Shown here: one piece after another, positions 56,990-64,000 of the stretch | How positions within the stretch are numbered: the stretch's first letter is position 1 | Layout of the letters: the number at the start of each line of letters is the position of its first letter | Assembly (NCBI GenBank): GCA_043813365.1 | Contig: JBDRLB010000026.1 | Coordinates: forward strand, 8,587 to 72,586 | Direction: 5' to 3' | Source of the DNA: Candidatus Micrarchaeota archaeon | Lineage (GTDB): Archaea; Micrarchaeota; Micrarchaeia; Norongarragalinales; SBBD01 | DNA length: 64,000 nt | Position numbers and translations under genes: made by a program | Notes under the pieces: model-generated | The model's database searches: none | Told to the model about the DNA's origin: nothing | Seen by the model: only the letters and a program-made list of their open reading frames with translations

Positions 56990-58783
56990 ATGAACAAATA
57001 CGTTGTGATTTTTGGGGCGATGCTTCTGGTTGCAAGCATGGTATTTGCCACTAACGAATCTGCCACGCCTACGGTTTCATCCGCGTCTTCGGGCGGAGGG
57101 AGCGGAGGGGGAGTAGCTGTTGCAATTAAGGCTACTACTACTTCCGAGAAAATGGTTCCGATATTCCCCTGTTCGAGCAAATATGCGAATCCCTCGAATT
57201 GCATAGTGGATGATGAGATGCCGCCATTGCCGGATGATGATTCGGCATCCGCATATTCTATTACGCTCAATTTGCGCAAGGGCTGGAACATGATTTCCTT
57301 CCCCTACCTTATGCGCCTCTATTACGAGAATGGCGGCGGATCCTACCCTACAATCAAAATTGTGAGGAACACATGCGATTCCACACAACTTATGCACTAC
57401 GATCCGGGAAATTCGGCAAAATGGGAGACGTGGGTGCTTGGAGGCACGGGGACTGGTGCGCCTTTCCTTGGCTATTGGTACAAGGCGAGCAGGGACTGCA
57501 GCATCACCATCGAGGGAAACGAGAAAGTTGATGCTAACTCCAAATACCTTTATGCGGGCTGGAACCAGATTGGTGCATCTTCGAGCGAGGTCACCTTCAG
57601 TTTAATGACCGGCACATGCACGATCACTTCCGGGCCATGGAAATACAATGCATACGCGAAGCAGTATGAAAAAGCGTCCACGCTGATTCCCGGAATAGGG
57701 TATTTCGTGAAAGTAGCTGCCAATTGCATGCTTTCAGAAAACGAAGAAATGCCGCCCTTCCCGACTGAGCAGCCAATCGTGACGGTTTACCCGACAATAC
57801 GGCCCACTTATTACCCGACAATTTATCCCAGCCCTCAGCCATACAAGCCAACCATTCTCCACCGGACAATAAGGGACTGCACAACTGACCGTATAATGAC
57901 GCAGGCGGAGTCACTGAACATTGATGTGAACTCTGCGGAATACAAGGGGCTCACGCTTGATGATCCCGTGAAGAACATCCAGACGATCGATTTGCGCGTC
58001 ATCCAGGGGGGGCAATACGGCAATTACATGTGCAAGAGCAGGAAGCTAGAGCAGTGCGAGCTGGTGCAAACTACCGCCCAGAAACAGCTGATGCTGGACC
58101 TCAATTTCGACGAAGGCTCAGGCAACGTGCTGAAATCCTCCACCAACAGCCTTCAGGCAACTGCTACGAATCCCATATGGGTGGAAGGAAAATCCGGGAA
58201 AGCACTGATGTTCAATGGCAACTCCTACGTAAGGATTCCAAGCAACCCCGCGCTTAATTTGGGCGACCGTTACCTGATCGAATTGTGGTTCCAGCCGATT
58301 ACGGACCCCAACACGTGGTCAGGAAGCTACCAGACAATGGTCAGCAAGGAAGGAGAATATATTTTCAGGTTTGCCAACGGCCATGATGAGAAGGGCAATG
58401 GGAGGATACTCAGCACCATAGATTTCGGCGCAGGGATAGACCAGCATGCGAATGCGTACCTTCCGGGCTTCAGGTACGGAGGGGGCAGTTATGCAGGCCA
58501 CGAAACAGGGGACATCGAATTCGTTCCGGGCAACTGGTACAAGATGGAAATGGAATATGACGGCGCCTACCTCAACCTTAGAGTGAACGGGCAGACGATT
58601 TCGAGGACGAAAACGAGCAGGAACAAAGTATCCGGCAATAATGACCTGTACATTGGCTCGCACATCAACGGCATCGACCGGCTTATAGGCATAATAGATG
58701 AAGTGAAAATCTGGAGCACAAGCGCTTCAATGTACGACCCGAAAGACATCTACTACGATGAATGGTGCGAATACGGGCGCTGA
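56990..58783 (+). CDS. Secreted protein with a shared N-terminal domain and a C-terminal concanavalin A-like/LamG lectin domain.
   Basis: Signal peptide MNKYVVIFGAMLLVASMVFA. N-terminal domain homologous to 54152 (GWNQIGA, GYWYK, GYFVKV motifs). C-terminus LDLNFDEGSGNVLKSS...ALMFNGNSYVRIP...YLIELWFQP...LYIGS...IDEVKIW is typical of Laminin_G_3. Confidence 0.65.
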   Translation: MNKYVVIFGAMLLVASMVFATNESATPTVSSASSGGGSGGGVAVAIKATTTSEKMVPIFPCSSKYANPSNCIVDDEMPPLPDDDSASAYSITLNLRKGWNMISFPYLMRLYYENGGGSYPTIKIVRNTCDSTQLMHYDPGNSAKWETWVLGGTGTGAPFLGYWYKASRDCSITIEGNEKVDANSKYLYAGWNQIGASSSEVTFSLMTGTCTITSGPWKYNAYAKQYEKASTLIPGIGYFVKVAANCMLSENEEMPPFPTEQPIVTVYPTIRPTYYPTIYPSPQPYKPTILHRTIRDCTTDRIMTQAESLNIDVNSAEYKGLTLDDPVKNIQTIDLRVIQGGQYGNYMCKSRKLEQCELVQTTAQKQLMLDLNFDEGSGNVLKSSTNSLQATATNPIWVEGKSGKALMFNGNSYVRIPSNPALNLGDRYLIELWFQPITDPNTWSGSYQTMVSKEGEYIFRFANGHDEKGNGRILSTIDFGAGIDQHANAYLPGFRYGGGSYAGHETGDIEFVPGNWYKMEMEYDGAYLNLRVNGQTISRTKTSRNKVSGNNDLYIGSHINGIDRLIGIIDEVKIWSTSASMYDPKDIYYDEWCEYGR

Positions 58784-58816
58784 TTTATAAGCTGGCGCAG
58801 CCAAATTTCAAACAAA

Positions 58817-59083
58817 GTGATAATCATGAACGCCGCATTGGTTTTGTTAGCTACATCCCTGCTGCTTGTAGGATGCATGGAGCCAGTCACGCCTACTCCC
58901 ACAATTCAGCCGGAAATAACCGTCTCGCCTGCAGCTACAATTGCAGTCAGCCCTCCGATAATCACCCCTTCACCGAGCGACGACTTGCCCCCATTGCCCC
59001 CTTCTGACAATTCACCAACTGCAACACCATTAGCAACTATCCCGCCGGGTGGTTCGGATGATCTTCCCCCATTGCCTGCATAG
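58817..59083 (+). CDS. Small Pro/Thr-rich lipoprotein.
   Basis: Lipobox LLLVGC. PTPTIQP and DDLPPLP repeats. Confidence 0.4.
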   Translation: MIIMNAALVLLATSLLLVGCMEPVTPTPTIQPEITVSPAATIAVSPPIITPSPSDDLPPLPPSDNSPTATPLATIPPGGSDDLPPLPA

Positions 59084-59106
59084 GCAATTGATTCCGATCG
59101 ATGTTT

Positions 59107-60207
59107 TTATTTTTTCCCTACCTGCTTTTCAATCAGCAATAGTATTTCCCTCTCGATCGCGGGGATTGCGGTTGAATTCGCTTGCAATGCAGCAGCAGCG
59201 GAATGGCCGCCGCCGTTCTGGATTTCACTCCCGAAAATAATTTTGAGCTCGTTTATGAGCGCATTCGCATCAAAGCCCATTTCCAAAACCGGCTTGTTGG
59301 CCCTGAATGATATGGAATCCTCGATGATGCCGAGGCAGACTATGGGCTTCCCCCCAAGCTCCTTTCCCTTCTTTGCGATAATCTCGTTCATTATTTTCCC
59401 CCGCGGCGGGTAATCGCCTTTCTTGAGGAATTTTGATATTTTGACAATAACCGCGGAATAGCCGCCGAAATCCCTTGTTTCCGTATAATGCTCCGATTGC
59501 AGGAGCGCTTTCCCGATTTTCTCCTTTGCCTGCAAATAAGCCTCATCAACCATTTCCTTGTTGTCAAATGCGCCGTCGTAAAAAGGGAGGTCGAGCTCCT
59601 CGAAAGTGGAGATGTAATCAATTGCAACGGCCTCCTTATGCTCAATTCCCTTATCGGCGAATTCGCTTTTATCCGACTGGAGCGAGTATTTCACTATTTT
59701 CTCATCGACCCCTTCAGGATCAAGCAGTTTTGCAAGTTCGTAGCAAAGAAGCCCCGCGGTATGGGAAGAATTGCCGCCGGCCATCATTGGAGAGATGAAG
59801 AAGGACGCGAGTTTTTCAGCCTGCCTATCGAAAGGATGGTGGTCGAGGATGATGATTTCTGCACCGGCTTCCCGGAGCATTTTCAAGGAAGCGATGCTTT
59901 CGGGGTTGGCGCCGTGGTCAACCAGGATGAAAACCGTGTCACGCGGGTCATTCAGCCTTCCGAGCTCGTCATATGCCCTGCCCCTTTCATAAACCGCGAT
60001 CTGCGATGGGAATGACTGTATGACGCATTCCGGGTCTAGCGCTTTTAACGCCCTGTAGAGCAGGACGCCGGCGCATATGCCGTCGCAATCATTATGGTAC
60101 CGGATCGCGAAGAATTTCCCCCCCTCAACCGCACTCCTTAAATGCGCAGCTAGCGCCTCCAGTTTGGGAAGCAGCTTCCGCATGCATTCATCATCAACCA
60201 GCATCAA
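59107..60207 (-). CDS. DHH/DHHA1 family phosphoesterase (NrnA/RecJ-like nuclease).
   Basis: HNDCDGICAG (motif I). IILDHHP (DHH). C-terminal GGGHSAAAA (DHHA1 GGGH). Confidence 0.65.
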   Translation of the reverse strand: MMLVDDECMRKLLPKLEALAAHLRSAVEGGKFFAIRYHNDCDGICAGVLLYRALKALDPECVIQSFPSQIAVYERGRAYDELGRLNDPRDTVFILVDHGANPESIASLKMLREAGAEIIILDHHPFDRQAEKLASFFISPMMAGGNSSHTAGLLCYELAKLLDPEGVDEKIVKYSLQSDKSEFADKGIEHKEAVAIDYISTFEELDLPFYDGAFDNKEMVDEAYLQAKEKIGKALLQSEHYTETRDFGGYSAVIVKISKFLKKGDYPPRGKIMNEIIAKKGKELGGKPIVCLGIIEDSISFRANKPVLEMGFDANALINELKIIFGSEIQNGGGHSAAAALQANSTAIPAIEREILLLIEKQVGKK

Positions 60208-60296
60208 ATCGGCACCTTTTTATAGCTTAAATCGAACAATAGAAAGGCTAGTTATTAGCGCATTATACCTTTATACTTATTTCGAGGTGTTCAAAG

Positions 60297-60554
60297 ATGA
60301 AGGCAGTTATAAGCAATTACAGGAGAAGCAGGCATTCGCAGAAAACTACGCATATGATACTCATAGTTGATGGCGTGAAGAGCCGCAAGGAGGCGGAAGC
60401 GCTTAAGGGAAAAACTGTGACTTTCACTACCGAAGGAAAGAAGCTGATCAAGGGCAAAATCGCAGCTGCGCACGGCAGCAAAGGCGCTATCAGGGCGATT
60501 TTCGAGCGCGGATTGCCCGGCCAGGCGCTTGGAGCCAAGGCTGAAATTGCGTAA
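60297..60554 (+). CDS. rpl35ae: 50S ribosomal protein L35Ae.
   Basis: VISNYRRSRHSQ...GKIAAAHGSKGAIRAIFERGLPGQALGAKAEI matches the L35Ae consensus closely. Confidence 0.8.
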   Translation: MKAVISNYRRSRHSQKTTHMILIVDGVKSRKEAEALKGKTVTFTTEGKKLIKGKIAAAHGSKGAIRAIFERGLPGQALGAKAEIA

Positions 60555-60601
60555 AGCAGAATCTAATTGAATGGAAGGAACACATTGCCCAATTTAATTA
60601 T

Positions 60602-61564
60602 TCAGAATCTCATCGAGAGCAGGCCGATGATTTCAAGTATATTTCCGAATAGGATCCCTATTACCAACGCTATGAATATGTAGGGCCCGAACCTTGGCAG
60701 CACCTTGCTGATGGGGAATAATTTCATCCCCTCCTTCTTCTGTATTTCCGAAAGCTTCTTCACCTGCTTCTGTGTCAGGACCCTCTCCAGGCCGTATTTC
60801 CTGACAATTTCCGGGGGCATCTTCTCCATTGCCAGGATGTCCTCATCCTCTATTTTTGGGATCGGTATCCTCTGGATGACGATTTCATCCAGGATCTGCT
60901 GCCTGAAAGTGAGGAAGAATGCCGATGAAAGGAAAAGCAGCATGAACATTGCGGAGGCGATCGATACCCCGAAGTAAAAGTAGAGGAATACCGCGCCTAA
61001 GAACAGCCCGATGATGCTTGCCGTCCCTACAAGCATATTCGGCTTCAGGCGCTTTTTGGATTCCACAAGCGCAATTGCATACTGCATTGATGAGCCTATT
61101 GTTGCAAGGAACGAGCTCGCGAGGAAAATGGTGAGCAGGAAAAGGAAGTGCTTGAATACGTTCAGGTATCCGATGAGGAACCAGTTGTCACCTGAAAATT
61201 CGGAAAGTGCGGAAAAATCAAGCCCGAATGAAATGGGGTTCAGGAAGCGCAAACTAAGGGGCGCAAGCGGGAGAAGCTGCTGAATCGCGACGAAAAGGAG
61301 CACGTCGCCCATCCCCAGCTGGCCTTTCCTGTAAAATACATACCCTAGCGCAAGGATGACTATGGAAACGATCAGCGCGTACACTATGAGGTAGGAATTT
61401 TCCGTGATGAACGGGAGGAAATTGAGGACCAACGCAACAAGCAGCATCAAGTAGATGATTTTCTCATCAATGAATGAGGTTTTGTAATCCTGGTATGCAG
61501 CCGCACCTACCCCTATGAGGGCAACTGCGATCCTGATGTATTCCAGATTAAGCGCTTCCATCAA
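60602..61564 (-). CDS. Polytopic membrane protein, possible A24-family prepilin/preflagellin peptidase.
   Basis: About 8 TM helices. GMGD motif (LGMGDVLLFVAI) and an earlier Asp (AAAYQDYKT), resembling the two catalytic Asp of A24 peptidases. Confidence 0.4.
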   Translation of the reverse strand: MMEALNLEYIRIAVALIGVGAAAYQDYKTSFIDEKIIYLMLLVALVLNFLPFITENSYLIVYALIVSIVILALGYVFYRKGQLGMGDVLLFVAIQQLLPLAPLSLRFLNPISFGLDFSALSEFSGDNWFLIGYLNVFKHFLFLLTIFLASSFLATIGSSMQYAIALVESKKRLKPNMLVGTASIIGLFLGAVFLYFYFGVSIASAMFMLLFLSSAFFLTFRQQILDEIVIQRIPIPKIEDEDILAMEKMPPEIVRKYGLERVLTQKQVKKLSEIQKKEGMKLFPISKVLPRFGPYIFIALVIGILFGNILEIIGLLSMRF

Positions 61565-61570
61565 ATCAGC

Positions 61571-62590
61571 TTACCCCAAGTCTATTACTTGCTCGCCCTT
61601 ATGGAGGATCACTTCCTCCTTCGCAATGATTTTTCCGATCCTTTGCGACTTGAACCGGTGCTTCGCACAGATTTCAATGACCTTGTTGGCGTCCTTGGGG
61701 TCGCACGCTATGCAGAATCCTATGCCCATATTGAATGTGCGGTACATTTCCCTGTCTGAGATGTTCCCCTCCTTCTGTATCAGCTTGAAAACATGCGCAG
61801 GCTCGGGCATGCTGTCCAGCAGGAACCCCTTCTTCGCGAATTTCCCGATCCTCAATAATTTCGAGAATGCGCCGCCGGTGATGTGCGCCATCCCCCCTAC
61901 GCTCTTCACTTTTGAAATCACTTCCAATACCGCATTCGAGTAAATGTATGTTGGGGTGAGCAGCTCCATCAGCAGCTCCTCGTTCAGGAGGTTGCGGTCG
62001 TTGAGGAGCACCTTCCTCGCAAGGCTGTAGCCGTTCGAATGCAAGCCGGAACTCTCTATTCCGACAATCACGTCGCCTACTTTCATGTCCTTCCCTGTAA
62101 TAATTTTTCCCTGCACTTCCCCCACAACGCTAACAGAAAGATCGAAACCCCGTTCGGTGAATCCCTTGATGAGGTCTGGCACTGCTGCCGTTTCCCCGCC
62201 GACTATGGGGCAGCCGGCTATTTGCGCCCCTTGCGCGACTCCCTTCATGATCTCGTAAATCTGGTTCTCATCTGTTGTTTCAATCGCCAAATAGTCCATC
62301 AATGCGATCGGCTTTGCGCCTATGCATACGATGTCGTTCACGTTCATCGCAACCGCGTCAATGCCAATGGTGTCGAATTTCTCGAGCAGCTGCGCAATCA
62401 GCACCTTCGTACCGACCCCATCGGTATGCATTGCAAGCAGCTTATTGCCGAATTTCATCACTCCCGCATAATGCCCCGCAGGCAGCACCACGTTCTTGTT
62501 CAGGGTAGGCTGCATGAGGTCCGCTATCCCTCCCTGTATGCCCTTCAATTTCCATACATTCACGCCTGCTTTGGCGTATGTAAAGCCCAT
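61571..62590 (-). CDS. purM: Phosphoribosylformylglycinamidine cyclo-ligase (AIR synthetase).
   Basis: MGFTYAKAGVNV N-terminus. DGVGTK motif. ~340 aa. Internal Met start chosen, with a TATA-like element about 50 bp upstream. Confidence 0.8.
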   Translation of the reverse strand: MGFTYAKAGVNVWKLKGIQGGIADLMQPTLNKNVVLPAGHYAGVMKFGNKLLAMHTDGVGTKVLIAQLLEKFDTIGIDAVAMNVNDIVCIGAKPIALMDYLAIETTDENQIYEIMKGVAQGAQIAGCPIVGGETAAVPDLIKGFTERGFDLSVSVVGEVQGKIITGKDMKVGDVIVGIESSGLHSNGYSLARKVLLNDRNLLNEELLMELLTPTYIYSNAVLEVISKVKSVGGMAHITGGAFSKLLRIGKFAKKGFLLDSMPEPAHVFKLIQKEGNISDREMYRTFNMGIGFCIACDPKDANKVIEICAKHRFKSQRIGKIIAKEEVILHKGEQVIDLG

Positions 62591-62686
62591 CTTATCACCC
62601 ACAAACTGCATTAACAACGAATAGAGGGTTTTTAAGGGATTTCTTAGAGAATAGGCTTTTAATATTTCGAAAAATATCGTATACTC

Positions 62687-63085
62687 ATGGTTGAAGACCA
62701 CCCAGCACGACTAATCCGTATGTTTCACGGCGATCTGTTTGCCGGAGAAAGCTCCTGGCCCCATGAAAAATATGGAAAGCCATCATATTCAAGGAATTTT
62801 ACCGGTACACTCGGAAGCAGGGGCGTAAAGCTTCGGGGACCGGCTTTTCCTGCGGTTTACTCGGAAAATATCCCATCGTTATTGAAGGAAAAACCCCAGC
62901 TCCTAGCTGGAATTTGCCTCTTCGGGGCAGGCAATCTCCGAGCGGTTCAAAAAATTGGGAATAATTTTTTTCCATTAACATTGGCCAGGAAATTCCTAAA
63001 GAAATCAGCCCTAAGAGTAAAATTTCTTTTCAGGAATGGTTTGACAATAAAACATTCGATCCGGAGGGAGGGGTTCCGAAATTGA
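62687..63085 (+). CDS. Hypothetical 132-aa protein (weak).
   Basis: ORF with a 4-nt ATGA overlap with the next gene. No recognisable motif. Confidence 0.2.
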   Translation: MVEDHPARLIRMFHGDLFAGESSWPHEKYGKPSYSRNFTGTLGSRGVKLRGPAFPAVYSENIPSLLKEKPQLLAGICLFGAGNLRAVQKIGNNFFPLTLARKFLKKSALRVKFLFRNGLTIKHSIRREGFRN

Positions 63086-63972
63086 ATTTGGAAGGAAAGT
63101 GGAAATTCAAAGGAATTACCGATCCTGGAATCACATTGGGGAAAGTTGCTAAAATATTCAGGTATTTTGAAATTGCCCGCGCTATGACAAGCCCGTTGAA
63201 ATTCGTCCTTCCAACAGTCGAATATTCCCTTATTGCCGAGGAAAATGCGGAAAAACTCGGAATAGACCCTAAGGAGGTTCGAAAAGCCGTTGTAAAAGTT
63301 GGCGTGCAGTACCAGGACATTATTGAACGAATTCAGAAACGTTTTTTCAGTGAAATTAAAACCGAAATAGTTCAAACACACGAAGCAGAAGTGGATGGGC
63401 AACTTGAACGGGAAATCTCAAGACCTGTCGTTAAAAAGTCCATTCGGGAAACGGAGGGCTCGTACATGGGAAAAGTGTTCACGTCGACGAAAGCTAAAAG
63501 AAGGTCGGAGGCAAGATTTATTGCAATCTTTTCCAGGGAACTCAGCCAGCCAAGCATATGGTTGTTGAATGGCAGGGATGTAGATAGCGTTTTTCCATTT
63601 AGTGTAAAAATCGGCACTCGAATGGGAATAGATGTCAGGAAAAACCTGGGCATAATCGGGGTTCCGGGCGACCCCGCAATAAGGGATTGGGGGCCAAAGG
63701 AGCAGGCAAATTTCCTAATTTATCGGAACAGGCTAGCATTTGGAGATGATTATTTTGGACGGTATCCGTATCAAACGGCGAATCTGAATGAGCCGCTTAA
63801 GATGAATGACCTCTTAAGGGATGATAAGGGGAAATTGGTGCTTGAGCACTATATCCGGGCGTTGGGGCCGTATGTCGGGTTAAACGAACCGAAGCCTGGA
63901 AAAGAAGCTTGGCAATTCAAGACTGTTTTCACGCGGCTGCAGCACCAGTTAGGGATCCGGAAGCTTGCCTGA
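63082..63972 (+). CDS. Hypothetical 296-aa protein in a lower-GC patch.
   Basis: Clean ORF. AT-richer than the window average. No recognisable motif. Confidence 0.4.
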   Translation: MNLEGKWKFKGITDPGITLGKVAKIFRYFEIARAMTSPLKFVLPTVEYSLIAEENAEKLGIDPKEVRKAVVKVGVQYQDIIERIQKRFFSEIKTEIVQTHEAEVDGQLEREISRPVVKKSIRETEGSYMGKVFTSTKAKRRSEARFIAIFSRELSQPSIWLLNGRDVDSVFPFSVKIGTRMGIDVRKNLGIIGVPGDPAIRDWGPKEQANFLIYRNRLAFGDDYFGRYPYQTANLNEPLKMNDLLRDDKGKLVLEHYIRALGPYVGLNEPKPGKEAWQFKTVFTRLQHQLGIRKLA

Positions 63973-64000
63973 TCATTGGAAACCGATTGTGATGGTTTTA

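Noticed and set aside
1-64000. Search for CRISPR arrays, IS elements/transposases, integrases, rRNA.
   Set aside because: There are no regularly spaced direct repeats with unique spacers, no DDE/serine/tyrosine recombinase motifs and no rRNA-like stretches. The only strong nucleotide repeats are the coding Fn3-like repeats and the paralogous giant-gene modules.

Overview
This window looks like an archaeal chromosome segment of about 50-55% GC, with short intergenic regions and several TATA boxes 25-45 bp upstream of start codons. All protein identifications below are from motif recognition by eye, with no database searches.

Archaeal/eukaryotic-type markers present: aIF6, eL31, eL39, eL41, L35Ae, uS2, Pth2, a RIO kinase, RFC small subunit, RNase P Pop5, prefoldin alpha, FtsY, an ADP-dependent sugar kinase, and an A-type ATPase H-I-K-E-C-F gene block.

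Other housekeeping genes: ahcY, ndk, purM, TldD/PmbA, a GT4 glycosyltransferase, a CDP-alcohol phosphatidyltransferase, a KaiC-like ATPase, an MBL-fold hydrolase, an endonuclease IV-like protein, a DHH/DHHA1 phosphoesterase, ScpB, and an A24-type peptidase-like membrane protein.

About 40% of the window encodes very large secreted or surface proteins:
- A 2528-aa N-terminally anchored protein at 114-7700.
- A surface-protein island at about 39.4-58.8 kb, inserted directly after atpF where atpA/B/D would normally follow. It contains a 470-aa BNR-propeller protein, two tandem giant paralogs (2212 and 1703 aa), and CARDB-repeat and LamG-lectin secreted proteins.
- The two giants are built from shared modules: a BNR propeller, a parallel beta-helix, three near-identical 300-bp Fn3-like tandem repeats, and a conserved C-terminal TM anchor with a conserved cytoplasmic tail.
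- The island also encodes a membrane-anchored winged-HTH regulator with an extracellular beta-sandwich domain, followed by a perfect 8-bp-arm palindrome.

Other notable items:
- A secreted SLT (GH23) lytic transglycosylase in an archaeon.
- A PEF-CTERM sorting-signal protein.
- A low-GC ~1-kb islet with an Abi/HEPN-like gene, and a second low-GC patch at the 3' end.
- A histone-fold protein with an acidic tail plus a coiled-coil partner.
- A Cys-rich repeat lipoprotein.
- Two small ribosomal protein genes missed by the ORF track (eL39 at 27004-27162, eL41 at 33169-33243).
- A 560-bp intergenic region with several perfect hairpins that may encode an ncRNA.

No tRNA, rRNA, CRISPR array or transposase was recognisable.
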